Shown here in pieces: positions 11,839 to 23,148 of a DNA stretch of 64,000 nt. The notes beneath the pieces were generated by a model, which saw only the letters and a list, made by a program, of their open reading frames with translations, searched no databases and was not told where the DNA came from. Position numbers and translations under genes: made by a program. Every line of letters begins with the position of its first letter. Positions within the stretch are counted from its first letter, which is position 1. The stretch is from Octopus sinensis (taxonomy: Eukaryota). The DNA is taken from NCBI RefSeq assembly GCF_006345805.1, contig NC_043000.1:47926001-47990000 (forward strand), read 5' to 3'.

Positions 11839-12298
11839 TTGTTGGCATCCTTTTTGTCTCGGGAGACAATGGAGTTGCGCATTAAATAGTCTAGTCCAGC
11901 TTTTACATTTCATGTCCTGATACATTTCCTGCTGTGGCTGTGTAGTCTTATCCTGGACAAACACTCCCTCTGGCAGGTACCACAAATGTAGCGAAGACTG
12001 TTCCTGGCTGGTTGTAATGCCATAGTTTCTTATTGATGTCTTTTCTTGTCTTTCCATTTCTCCTCTCATTCTCTGTCACTCCATTTCTCCTCTCTCTCTC
12101 TGTCACTTCATTTCTCCTCTCTCTCTCTGTCACAAAGATGTCCTCAAGCAAGCAGGAATACCAAGCATGTTTGCACTCCTCACACAAAGACGTATGAGAT
12201 GGCTTGGGCATGTTAGCCATATGAAAGATGGCAGAATCCCCAAGGACATACTCTACGGAGAGCTTGCTAGGGGTACTAGGTCTGTGGGTAGACCGTTC
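11839..12298 (-). mobile_element. RTE (BovB-like) 3' end with inverted 5' segment
   Basis: Minus 12133->11839 encodes C-terminal C2H2 YICGTCQRECLSRIRLHSHSRKC* and tail CCATTGTCTCCCGAGACAAAAAGGATGCCAAC; plus 12134-12298 encodes KDVLKQAGIPSM..RWLGHV..IPKDILYGEL..RSVGRP. Confidence 0.8.
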
Positions 12299-12712
12299 AT
12301 CCCCACTTATGTGTGGTGTTCTGTTAGAAAAAAACTCTACTGCGGTAAATACTATGAGGGAAACTCATATAGGCTTTCAATGCAAAATGCAGTTTTGGGT
12401 ATATTGCTAGCAGGGAGATAACTCCCCACCTGCTCCTGTACTGAGGTCACCAGATCATGTAATTTTTACTTTCTTTGGTCTCATCAGTGATGGATACTCA
12501 TTGACTAGAGATAGCAGCAACTCATCCCTCTACTAGTAATATATAGAAAATCAGTGCCTGAACAAGCACTAGTGTTGTGATTAAATAGTATATATTAGTG
12601 ACAGAGGCAGAATTAATATCAAGTGGTAACATTTATCCCCACTTAAATGTGCACACGTGCATGTGTGTATGTGTTGTAAGTGTGTGTGTATATATATATA
12701 TGTGTTTATGTA

Positions 12713-13905
12713 CAGGATGTGTAAACTATTTGTAGACATATCTTTTGGGGGGTCCTGGCTGCTTTTTATGCTAATTCTATATAATCTTTGTTTCAGAAAA
12801 TGATAATGCAGACCTTCAGCTTACTCAAAAAATGAATATGCATGTTGATATTGTGGCTACAAAGGCTGAGCATAGCAATTTACAAATATCTTGAATTTTT
12901 TAAATTCACTAAATCCTTTGTCTACAAAGTTCATAAAGAGCTAGAGACTGAAGATGAAAACATATTACCAGTATCAAAGCATAGAAAGCATTCTAAATGC
13001 TCTGAAGTCATCAGAGCATCTGCATTTATCCAGCAAGTTCAACAGACCATTGATTACAATTCTATGAAATCCATAAGGTCAATTGTAAAAGATCTCCATG
13101 TGTCTGCAGGAACAATCAGAAATGTTGTCCTGGAAGACATCAGATATAAGTCTTGTATGATGAGGAAAGAGCAATTTATGTCAGAAAAAGCTAAAGAAAA
13201 TTGCTATATTAGATCTAAAAGGTACTTAAACAAACTGAAAAATTTTGCAGAAGAAGATTTGATTTGGTTTTCCTTAAACAAGGAAAACTTCAACCAAGAT
13301 CAAAAAGTTAACAGACAAAATGACAGATGTTTATGTGCAGACCCCTATGAAGTTCTAAGAGTTATGCATACAAAATTTTTTTGCAACTGTCATAGTTTTA
13401 GGGGCTGTCAGCAGTGAAGGTCATGTGATGCATCCATACTTCTTTCCACTAGGCCTTAGAGCTGACTCTGCTGCCTACATTGATTTCTTGGAAAGAGTTG
13501 TAAAGATCTGAATAGACAAAGTATGCAATGGAAGACTCTGCACCATCACACAAGGCTCAAGTAAGCCAGGAATGGATGGCTGAAAATTTTCATGACCACA
13601 CAGCCCCTAACATTAGGCCTCCAACTTCTGCAGATCTTAATCTATTGGACTATTTCATGGGGAACAATTTTGAGAGGTCAATGAATATACCTATAATACC
13701 AAAGATTCTTTGAAAGCAGCCATAGTCAGAGTAATGTCCAAAATGAACCAGGACCACTTGATTCAAGCATGTAGATGATATAGATCTAGTAGAGAAGCAG
13801 TTACTGAAGCTGAAGGTGGCTTTATTGTATAACATTATAGAAAAGAAGGTTTATTTTTATCCTCATAGCATTTTTTGATAATGAAGTTATTATCTTATTG
13901 TTGTA
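12713..13905 (+). mobile_element. Decayed Tc1/mariner DD37D (maT-type) transposon
   Basis: TA|CAGG left end; HTH region; DSAPSH..37 residues..NLLD counted directly; no right TIR found. Confidence 0.85.
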
Positions 13906-13908
13906 TTT

Positions 13909-14060
13909 GGGGATGGTCATGTTGCCAGTTTAGCCAATAAAAACACATGCCCTATACATTTGGTGTTAATTTGCTTCAACTTTATTCATTTTTTACATTA
14001 ATCTTAATCTTTTTTCGGCCAGAGTTCTTTTGTCACACTTCCGTGACCTCATCATTGATC
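13909..14060 (-). mobile_element. Probable Penelope pseudo-LTR remnant with decayed hammerhead (14017-14060)
   Basis: Minus: GATCA-ATGATGA-G-GTCAC(GGAAGT)GTGAC-AAAA-GAAC-TC-TGGCC; core differs from CUGANGA/GAAA at C3 and G12. Confidence 0.5.
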
Positions 14061-14689
14061 CTTTGCTTTCTTCTTTCTTATTTGTGTGTCTCTCCTTACT
14101 AACAATCAGCCATTTTGTCTGTTATTATATATCTGTTTTTTTTTACAAACATAAATTTGTCCTCAAATATCTTACACACTCTGTATATATGTGGGGGGGG
14201 GGTATAAATGAAATGTTATAAGAATTTAAAAACTTCAAGAGACAGGAAATAATTTGTTTTTAATGGGAAACTTGAAGTAGATAAAGTTATATATCAAGCA
14301 TAGCTAACTTTTATTATTTTTTTGAGAAGCAAGCAATTGATGGTAATTTTTCATTAAGCATGTCATTGCCATTCAAGAAGCCTTTTAAGTTGCAGTTTGC
14401 TGATGATAATCGCATGTAAGTATTGGATTTAAAACCCCTTTGAACAGAAAAACTTGAAGAATGTAATGTTTACAGAAGATGTGGATCCTCACCCTATTGA
14501 CAGCTTGCAACTTTTCTTTTCCAAATGGGGTTTTTAATACAATATTTAGTTGCCTTATCTACTTCAAACTCCACCAATATATACAAATATTTCTGTACAT
14601 ATATACATATACATACGTATATATGTGTGTGTGTGTGTGGTGTGTGTGTGTGAGAGAGAGTATGTATGTATGTATGTATGTATGTATGG

Positions 14690-14875
14690 GACCATCCCAT
14701 AAATAACCCCTGTTGTACTCTTTTGCCCCAACTTTCTCTCACTCTCTCTTCCTATTTCTTAAGTAACGCTGCGATAGACTGGCATCCCGTCCAGCTGGGG
14801 GAAACGCATACACCACAGAAACCAGGAAACCGGGACCATGAGCCTGGCTAGGCTTGAAAAGAGCGCATAAAAAAA
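14690..14875 (+). mobile_element. 3' part of a SINE related to family C
   Basis: CTGCGATAGACTGGCATCCCGTCCAG..GAAACCGGGACCATGAGCCTGGC, similar to 8570-8650. Confidence 0.6.
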
Positions 14876-14933
14876 TATTAAAAATACCTATGATGGAACA
14901 GTAAATTATATAGATGTATGTATATATAAAAAA

Positions 14934-15162
14934 GGCGGCGAGCTGGTAGAATCGTTAGCACGCCGGGCGAAATGCGTAGCCGTATTTCGTCTGTCTTGAC
15001 GTTCTGAGTTAAAATTCCGCCGAGGTCGACTTTGCCTTTCATCCTTTCGGGGTCGATAAATTAAGTACCAGTTACACACTGGGGTCGATGTAATCGACTT
15101 AATCCGTTTGTCTGTCCTTGTTTGTCCCCTCTATGTTTAGCCCCTTGTGGGTAATAAAGAAA
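14934..15162 (+). mobile_element. SINE family A, tail type 2
   Basis: GGCGGCGAGCTGG head and core, then TTAATCCGTTTGTCTGTCCTTGTTTGTCCCC..GTAATAAAGAAA tail. Confidence 0.9.
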
Positions 15163-15199
15163 CATATATAGATGTATGCATGTATGTAAGTATGTATGT

Positions 15200-15655
15200 A
15201 CTTTTCTGTTTTTAATTATCTAAATTTTAACTTTTGAAGAAGTAGCTAGTTTCTGACGAAGATACAAAGTTCCACTGTTGGAATGTAAATACGTAAACAA
15301 TGTCACATTTTAAACCTGAGAAAAAGTCTTGCATAATTTTACTGTTCTGCTTTCAGATTGCATTTGTAATGAGAGAGTCAGTTGGTTGATTTCTTTTCTG
15401 AAAATCCAAGCTGATCCAGACTGACAGTTAGGTATTTACTTACAAAACCAAGTGCACCAAATATTATTGGTATAAATGTAAATTTCTAATCCGGATATAA
15501 GAAGCTGGAAGTTTTGAAACAGTTGTCCATAGTTATCTTCTTTCTCTTTGATTTTCAAAGAGATAATTCACTTCAGCAGGACAGCCGACCTCTATGAGAG
15601 TACATACATTTTCTTATCTGTCCCAAACTACATTACCTGACCTGTTATGCTTGCA
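15200..15655 (-). mobile_element. RLE non-LTR retrotransposon C-terminal fragment between (TATG)n tracts
   Basis: Minus, across frameshifts: VWDR..CTLIEVGCPAEVN..KIKEKEDNYGQL..PIIFGALGFV..LQMQS..TVKLCKTF. Confidence 0.65.
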
Positions 15656-15658
15656 CTT

Positions 15659-15862
15659 GATGTATGTATGTATGTATGTATGTATGTATGTATGTATGTA
15701 TGCATGCATGCATGTACATACTTATGTGTATATGTATGTATTTGTGTGTATGTATTAATTGTACGCATGTATGCATATATGTATATGCATGCATGTATGT
15801 ACACATGTATTTGTATGTATATGTATATATATATATATATCTATATCTTTCTATCTAACTAA

Positions 15863-15900
<38 letters not shown>

Positions 15901-15901
15901 A

Positions 15902-15975
<74 letters not shown>

Positions 15976-16420
15976 CATATATATATGTATATATATGTAT
16001 GTATTTATTCGTGATTGTTTGCTTGTATGTATGCATGTACATATATGTATGTACATATGCATGTATTTATGCATGAGTGTATGCATGTTTCTATGTGTAT
16101 ATGTGTGTATGTATGTATGTATTTGTGTATGCATGTGTATATGTATGTATTAATTGTATGCATGTATATATGCCTGTTTGTATGTATGTATGCATATATG
16201 TATATGCATGCATGTATGTACATATGTATTTGTATGTACATGTATGTATATATATCTATATATATGTATAAATCTATATATATGTATATGTATATATATA
16301 TATGTATTTATGCATGACTGTTTGCATCTATGTATGTATGCATGTACATATATGTGTGTACACATGCATGTGTTTATGCATGATTGTATGCATGCATACA
16401 TGTGTGCATGTACATACCAG
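15659..16420. repeat. Compound (TATG)n/(TA)n/(TG)n microsatellite
   Basis: Seen directly. Confidence 0.95.
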
Positions 16421-17040
16421 GATATCAGAGCCATCTTCTAATCAACAGACATATGGCTCAACTTCTGTATGTAAATTTACTCACCCTCTGCATGCAAGTA
16501 AGTATTTGTCAGATATATTATGAGCCATTATTTAATGTTTCCTTTTCATTTAAGATGCGTTTTAAAAGAGAAAAAAAAATGAGTCATTTCCACCATGCCT
16601 AATGCTTCGAACAAATCAAAACCGATTTACTCAATGCCTCACTTGTACACATAAAGCTTCTACTTAGACTGATGAGAGTTGTCAGGGTCTACTTAATGTA
16701 ATGGTTATCATGACCATTAAATTAATGGCAGACGCTTGCTTCAGTTCCCCTAGGTGACATTGCTCACATTTTGCCCCTTTAAGGGAATAGTGTAAGAAAA
16801 TTTTGTGATACTTCGACTGAAATGAAACACTAACTGACAAACATATTTGGTTGTGTGTATATATACTTGCAGCCAAGGTGTATTGTACATGTGTATGTAT
16901 TTGAAATTGTGAGTCCATAGTGAATACCTGAATGAGGTTATGAGTATAAACATTAGTATGTACATGTGTATTTATTTGTGTGTGTGTGTGTGTACATGTG
17001 TGAATGTATATGTGTGTGCATGAAATTGTTGATTTTATAA

Positions 17041-17239
17041 TAAGGCCAGCTTATTCGGGGGAGGGGGTAGGTTGATTACATCAACCCCAGTGCTCAACTG
17101 GTATTTAATTTATTGACTCTGAAAAAAAATGAAAGGCAAAGTTGACCTTGGCAGAATTTGAACTCAGAACATAAGGACAGACGAAATGCTGCTAAGTATT
17201 TTGCCTAGTGTGCCAACAATTCTGCCAGTTCACCGCCTT
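17041..17239 (-). mobile_element. SINE family A, tail type 1
   Basis: Head, core and partial tail match other copies. Confidence 0.8.
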
Positions 17240-17261
17240 TGGTGTTACAATAATAATAGAT

Positions 17262-17503
17262 CCAGTGAAGTTCTTGTATCCTTAATTCCAGAGAATTGCT
17301 GATTCTTTGAGTTTACCTTCCCCTCTCATTCAGATTAAATTTCAGCTACTGTTATATGTGTGGCTACTTTCTCTTAAAGTAAAGATTGCTTCAATTAATC
17401 AAGAATTTATCTTGAACGTTGTTTTGTATACATTTTTTCATCATTGTTACTACAAATTAATGCCCCTGGCCTCTCTGAATTATTTCCCTTAGCTCATTTT
17501 CCA
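17262..17503 (-). pseudogene. Decayed coding-like segment, paralogous to 18480-18715
   Basis: LENELRE..KFLIN*SNLYFKRK..TQRISNSL with several stops; origin uncertain. Confidence 0.35.
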
Positions 17504-17559
17504 ATTTCCCTCTCTCTCTCTTTCGGAGAGGCACAAGCACCTACACGCACACATACACA

Positions 17560-17720
17560 CACGGCAGTAACTTCCACCTACCGAATTCAATCACAAAGCT
17601 CCGGTCAGCTCGGGGCTATAGTGAAAGACACCTACCCAAAGTGCCATGCAGTGGGACTGAACCCGAAACCATATAGCTAGGAAGCAAGCTCCCTAACCAC
17701 ACAGCCATGCCCGCGCCTAT
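17560..17720 (-). mobile_element. SINE family B, 5' part
   Basis: Reverse complement of GGCTGTGTGGTTAG..TTCAGTCCCACTGCATGGCAC.TTGGGTAGGTGTC. Confidence 0.75.
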
Positions 17721-18014
17721 CTATGCAAATTAACATAGCCATATAAGTATTCACTGCTCTTTTTGTATATATCTAAGTCTTATTACTGACTGAAGTCAAT
17801 GTAGATCAATGCAGCACAGATGATGTATAGTCTTTTCTACTCTAGGCACAAGGCCCGAAATTTTTGGGGAGGAGACCAGTCAATTAGATTGACTCCAGCA
17901 CAAAACTGGTACTTATAAGGAAGGATGAAAAGCAAAGGTGACCTTGATAGAATTTGATCTCGGAACGTAAAGACAAAGTATAACTAAACATTTCACCCGG
18001 TGAGCTTACGCTTC

Positions 18015-18395
18015 TTATTTCTTTACTGCCCACAAGGGGATACACACAGAGGGGACAAACAGATTAACTGGTACTTATTTAATTGACCCCAAAAGGATGA
18101 AAGGTAAAGTTAACCGCGGCAGAATTTGAACTCAGAAAGTAGAGGTAGATGAAATACCTATTTCTTTACTACCCACAAGGGGCTAAACACAGAGAGGACA
18201 AACAAGGACTGACAAACAGATTAAGTTGATTATATCGACCCTAGTTGTGTAACTGGTACTTATTTAATCGACTCCGAAAGGATGAAAGGCTAAGTCGACC
18301 TCAGCGGAATTTGAACTCAGAACGTAGTGGCAAACGAAATACCACTAAGCATTTTGCCCAGTGTGCTAATGTTTCTGCCAGCTTGCTACCTTACT
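18015..18395 (-). mobile_element. SINE family A tail-2 dimer
   Basis: Full monomer followed by a headless monomer; junction GAAATACC|TATTTCTTTACTACCC. Confidence 0.8.
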
Positions 18396-18479
18396 GATGA
18401 TGTATATTGAGGTAGACAAATGCATTCATTCCTGTTCTCTTGTCTCCAGCAGAAAAACAAACAAGCAAAAAAAACCACA

Positions 18480-18715
18480 GACATTTCTCATTATAGCATA
18501 TTTATTTTAGAGAATTACTGCTTCCTTGAGATTATCTCACCTCTTTTAGAATCAGTTGCTGCAAGGTATTTGTTTACTTTCTCTTGAAATGATTACAGTT
18601 TCCCAAAATCAAGAATTTTCTTCTATACAAATAAGTATCCCTCTGCTTGTCTTTGTTGTCCAGACTTGTGTGTCTGACTATTCCGAGTTGTTTCCTTTGA
18701 CTCATTTTCATTTTA
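18480..18715 (-). pseudogene. Decayed coding-like segment, paralogous to 17262-17503
   Basis: ENESKE..DNKDKQRDTYLYRRKFLILGNCNHFKRK..SQGSSNSL. Confidence 0.35.
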
Positions 18716-18742
18716 ATTATGTCAATTACCCAAGTCTTAATG

Positions 18743-18960
18743 TGAAGGTGCATAGCTCAGTGGTTAGAGTGTCACGCTGACAATGATGAGGTAGTGAGTT
18801 CAAGTCCCTAATTAGATGTTCATAACACTGAAATTTTGACATCACAATGCAAGGATTTAAATATATGTTAGGAAGGGCATCTCCAGCTTGCCATCTCTGG
18901 CCAAACCGTCTAACACATGCCAACATGAACAACAGACGTAAATGACAACAATGATGGTAA
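18743..18960 (+). mobile_element. tRNA-headed SINE with RTE-derived tail
   Basis: GCATAGCTCAGTGGTTAGAG..GAGTTCAAGTCCC head; TTAGGAAGGGCATC..CATGCCAACATG..AGACGTAAATGA tail. Confidence 0.6.
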
Positions 18961-19277
18961 TGATGATGGTGGTGGTGGTGACAACAATGATGATATACAT
19001 TTGTTGTTTAGTTTTTTTTATACATTAGTGTGTGATTTGTGGGAGACACTTAAGAAGTTTACAATGCTAGAATTAACAGTTAGGGTTAATATGAGGTTAA
19101 CATTTTTCGATGTACTAATGAGGACTTTTCAAAAACTATCTAATGTATGCCCTTTGGCATTAATGAGAAATGGCTGTTTCATTATCTTTATGCAATCATA
19201 ATTTTGATGTAGCAAATTTCTGAGTGCATTTCTTTCATATCTATCTATCTATCAATCTATCTATCTGTATGTATGTC

Positions 19278-19337
<60 letters not shown>

Positions 19338-19402
19338 TATATATATGTATATATATATATGTATATATATGTATATATATATATATATATATAATATATA
19401 TA

Positions 19403-19438
<36 letters not shown>

Positions 19439-19636
19439 TGTATGTATGTATGTATGTATATATATATGTGTGTGTAGATATATATATGTATATATGTATG
19501 TATGTATATATATATATGTATGTATATATATATACACACACACACACATATGTATACATATACACATATATAACATATATATAAACACATTCATTCTTTG
19601 TGCACACATTTAAACAGCATTATATCAAAATAACCA

Positions 19637-19672
<36 letters not shown>

Positions 19673-20106
19673 CCACTGATTGTCAGAGAGAAAACCTTTT
19701 CATAGACATCTTGTGTTAAGAACAATATACATTGGGTTGAGACAAACACCATCACAGCTGTGAAGAAATCATATGAAGCTTATTGTCTGATCCCCATATA
19801 CTGCATTAATATTCCTCACACTTTCCATTGAATTGTTGCCGTTATTGAATTCATTAAACAAAATATGCCAAATATGCTCCTTTGTCATTTCCATTATAGC
19901 TTAAAAAAAAAAATAACTGTTAAAATCGAAATGCACTCTTCAAAACTTGCACTAAGAATAAGGTAAAAATACTCCCTGCTTTTATAGCAAGTTGATGCAA
20001 GTAGTTTACCCCAGCCCCCTCTGGCTTTTAGCTCATGAAATTGAAAAAAGTGCATTATTTATGGGATGATACACTATATATATACATATACAATACATAC
20101 ATAGAA

Positions 20107-20136
<30 letters not shown>

Positions 20137-20140
<4 letters not shown>

Positions 20141-20468
20141 AATTGCAGTGTGGAAGGTGTTTATAAGCCATTTAAAAATACAAAGACCATTAGATTCACT
20201 TCAACATTTAAATTTAATTTGTCAAAATACTTTCGTAACTTTGAGACTGCAACCTGTTCACTGACAAAATTCTGTGCAGCACAGAATTTTGTCAGTGAAC
20301 AGGTCACATCCTCAAAGGGACGAAAATATTTTGATAAATTAGATTTTAATGTTGAAGGGAATCTAACAGTTTTTGTGTGTTTTTAAATAGCTTATAAACA
20401 CCTTCCATGCTGCATTGTTTCAGCACGTGATCTCAGCTCAGGTCACTTGCTATGCAAGTACATCTCTG
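20137..20468. mobile_element. Palindromic element P1 (~140-bp arms, perfect 26-bp central stem, centre 20278)
   Basis: ACCTGTTCACTGACAAAATTCTGTGC-A-GCACAGAATTTTGTCAGTGAACAGGT; symmetry extends to AAACAATTGCAGTGTGGAAGG / CCTTCCATGCTGCATTGTTT. Confidence 0.9.
20288..20338 (+). ncRNA. Minimal type I hammerhead-like motif with G3/C8 core
   Basis: TTTGTCA-GTGAACA-G-GTC..GAC-GAAA-ATAT-TT-TGATAAA; mirror copy on minus strand at 20218-20268. Confidence 0.6.
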
Positions 20469-21288
20469 TAAATATATATATATATATATCCCAACTAACT
20501 CATGCTGATATCAAATGAACCTATATGGTTTTTTTTTTCATTTTGTGTTGTTTCTTTGTATTTTACACATGCAGCAGAATATTTGTTTTAAGAGCGGGGT
20601 TTTTATTGCATACAAAATATTTTCTGTTTACATTATAGCATCACTTTGTGAAGCGAGTGGCATTGGTGAGTACTGGTTGAGAGATCAAAAGATTGACATC
20701 AACAATATCAAACTGAGTGACCGAGAGAGTGTATATTATTAATATTTTTAAACAAGCTAATTACAGTGTCTGTTTTCTTTTTACTCTTAGAGTCTTAGTT
20801 ACATTTCTAATGTTATTATCAATCTTACTTAAAAGATTTTCTTACTGATTAGTTCTATCTCCACTTTAGCTTAGTTAATTAGCCTACATTTTGGATTAGA
20901 GGTAAACTTTTCTTGGTGTTGTCCATTGAGAGATGAAAACGGAAAATATAGAGATGGAGGTGAGATGGAATAACGATGAAATGAAAGAAAAAGTGAGTGT
21001 GAGATCAGAAAGAAGCTTAGCGGTGAAAAGAGGGAGAGAGAGAGAAATGAATAATGCTTAAGAATTTAGCAAAGAATGAGAAAGGTGTGAGAGGAAAATG
21101 GAGGCAGCTTGAGAGAGAAAGAATGTATAAGTGATATGGGTGCTTGTGTGTGTGAGCATGAGTGTGTGTGTGTGTATGTATGTGTGTATGTGTGCATGTG
21201 TCTGTGGTGGAGTACATATATGTCTGTGCATGTGTGTGAGCATGAATGTGTGCATGTGTGTGTACATATATGCCGGTGTGTGTGTGTG

Positions 21289-21326
<38 letters not shown>

Positions 21327-21464
21327 GAGATGTTTTGGTATCTAGAAGACCCAAATGGCAGGTAAGGCTATGTAAGTGCTACAGAAGGACTGCTGGTAAG
21401 CTTCCAGTTCAATAATAGCATGAGTGAGAAGTCTAAGGCAGGTCATATATATAATTTTAAAAAA

Positions 21465-21736
21465 CCAAGGCAATTTGATAATCCTTGGACACTTATAAAT
21501 AGAAAGGTGGTCTCACAGCTGTTTCCTGGAAATAAATGGTATCCTATCATCAGAGACAAGTTAAAAGAGCTTCAATGGAAGGAATTAGTAGAGTTCGTGT
21601 TTAAGAAGAAGTTATTCTGGTGATATTGAAGCTCTTTTAACTCGTCTCTGATGATGGGATATCATTTGTTTCCCTGAAACAGCTGTAAGACCACCTTTCT
21701 ATTTATAAATGTCCTAGGAATATCACATTGCTTTGG
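21465..21736. mobile_element. Palindromic element P2 (112-bp arms, 48-bp spacer)
   Basis: 21465-21576 is the approximate reverse complement of 21625-21736. Confidence 0.9.
21644..21691 (+). ncRNA. Minimal type I hammerhead ribozyme, canonical core
   Basis: GTCT-CTGATGA-T-GGGA..TCCC-T-GAAA-CAGCTG-TA|AGAC; GUA site after 21687; mirror copy at 21510-21557 (-) has GUG. Confidence 0.8.
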
Positions 21737-22158
21737 CCTTGTTATCTTATTTTATTTAACACAACACACACACCACACACACACATATTCAAGATTAATG
21801 GGGAAGACAGTGTAACAAAAAGCATTTATCAGCACAACAGTTGTTTCAGCTTCGAGTTGTACTGCTCTTTACTGGGAGTGGAATGATGTAATAACACCAG
21901 TGCAAAAGAGCCTCTTCAGGTGGCATAATATGCTTATGAATTAACAGATTTACATTTCAGTTTTTGCTTCAGGGTAAACGGTGGTATTGAGAGATTCTAG
22001 CAGTTCAGATGCATGTGTGCTAGTGAGGAGGGTTTGGTTAGGAAGAAAATACAAGACTAAAACCACAAATCATTTAACATGAATTGGGTTGGGGTGTTAA
22101 TACTTGTGGTCATGGTTTTATTGCTAAAAGTTTTTTAAAAAATATATATACACGAATT

Positions 22159-22585
22159 GTAGGAGTGGCTATGTGGTATGTAGCTTGCTTACAAACCACA
22201 TGGTTTCAGGTTCAGTCCCACTGCGTGGCACCTTGGGCAAGTGTCTTCTACTATAGTCTCGAGCCAACCAAAGCCTTGTGAGTGGATTTGGTAGATGAAA
22301 AATGAAAGAAGCCTGTCATATATAGGTATATAGATATATACGTATGTGTGTGTGTATATGTTTGTGTGTCTGTGTACCCGCCAACATCGCTTGACAATCG
22401 ATGCTGGTGTGTTTACATCCCCGTCACTTAGCAGTTTGGCAAAAGAGACTGATAGAATAAGTACTAGACTTCCAAAGAATAAGTCCTGGGGTCGATTTGC
22501 TCGACTAAAGGCGGTGCTCCAGCACGGCCACAGTCAAATGACTGAAACAATTAAAAGAGTAAAAGAGTAAAAAAGAGTAAAGAGA
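22159..22585 (+). mobile_element. SINE family B (CORE-like), full length
   Basis: tRNA-like head GTAGGAGTGGCT..GGTTCAGTCCC; CORE-like GCACCTTGGGCAAGTGTC; internal (TA)n(TG)n; (AAAAGAGT)n tail. Confidence 0.9.
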
Positions 22586-22700
22586 GAATTGGTATACATC
22601 TATGTATGTACATGTATATGTACATATATATGTATACACATATACACATATACACACAGATATATATACAAATATATATGAATGCGCGTGTATATATATA

Positions 22701-23148
22701 TCAAGTTAGAAAATAGTGAGATCTAATGGATACAAATTAATTTATTAATTAATCAACATATTCATCTACAATTGTTTCATTTCACAAACAAAATTTAAAT
22801 TACAAAAACATATATAAATATATAATCTTGCATTTTAAATATCTTGTATGAAAAAATTATCAGGGTGTACAACGGACAACAAAGATTACATTAGGATACA
22901 TTTGGAATCCTGAGAATAAACATGTCTATATATTCTGAAGATTCCAAATGTATCTTAATGTAATTCTTATTGTACTTTGTACACGTTGATGATTTTTCAT
23001 ACAAGGTATTTAAAATGCAAAATTATATATTTATGTATGTTTAGTAATTCTTATTTTGTTTCTGAAATGAAACAATTGTAGGCAAATATGTTGATTAATT
23101 ATTAAATTAATTTGTATCCATTAGATATCTCTGATTTCTTAATTGATA
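22701..23148. mobile_element. AT-rich palindromic element P3 (~215-bp arms)
   Basis: GAGATCTAATGGATACAAATTAA.. mirrored by ..TTAATTTGTATCCATTAGATATCTC; centre near 22926; GAAACAATTGTA in both arms. Confidence 0.85.

Noticed and set aside
15358-15430. Plus-strand AG..GT bounded exon candidate
   Set aside because: Stops in all three frames; the opposite strand explains the sequence as an RLE retrotransposon C-terminus.
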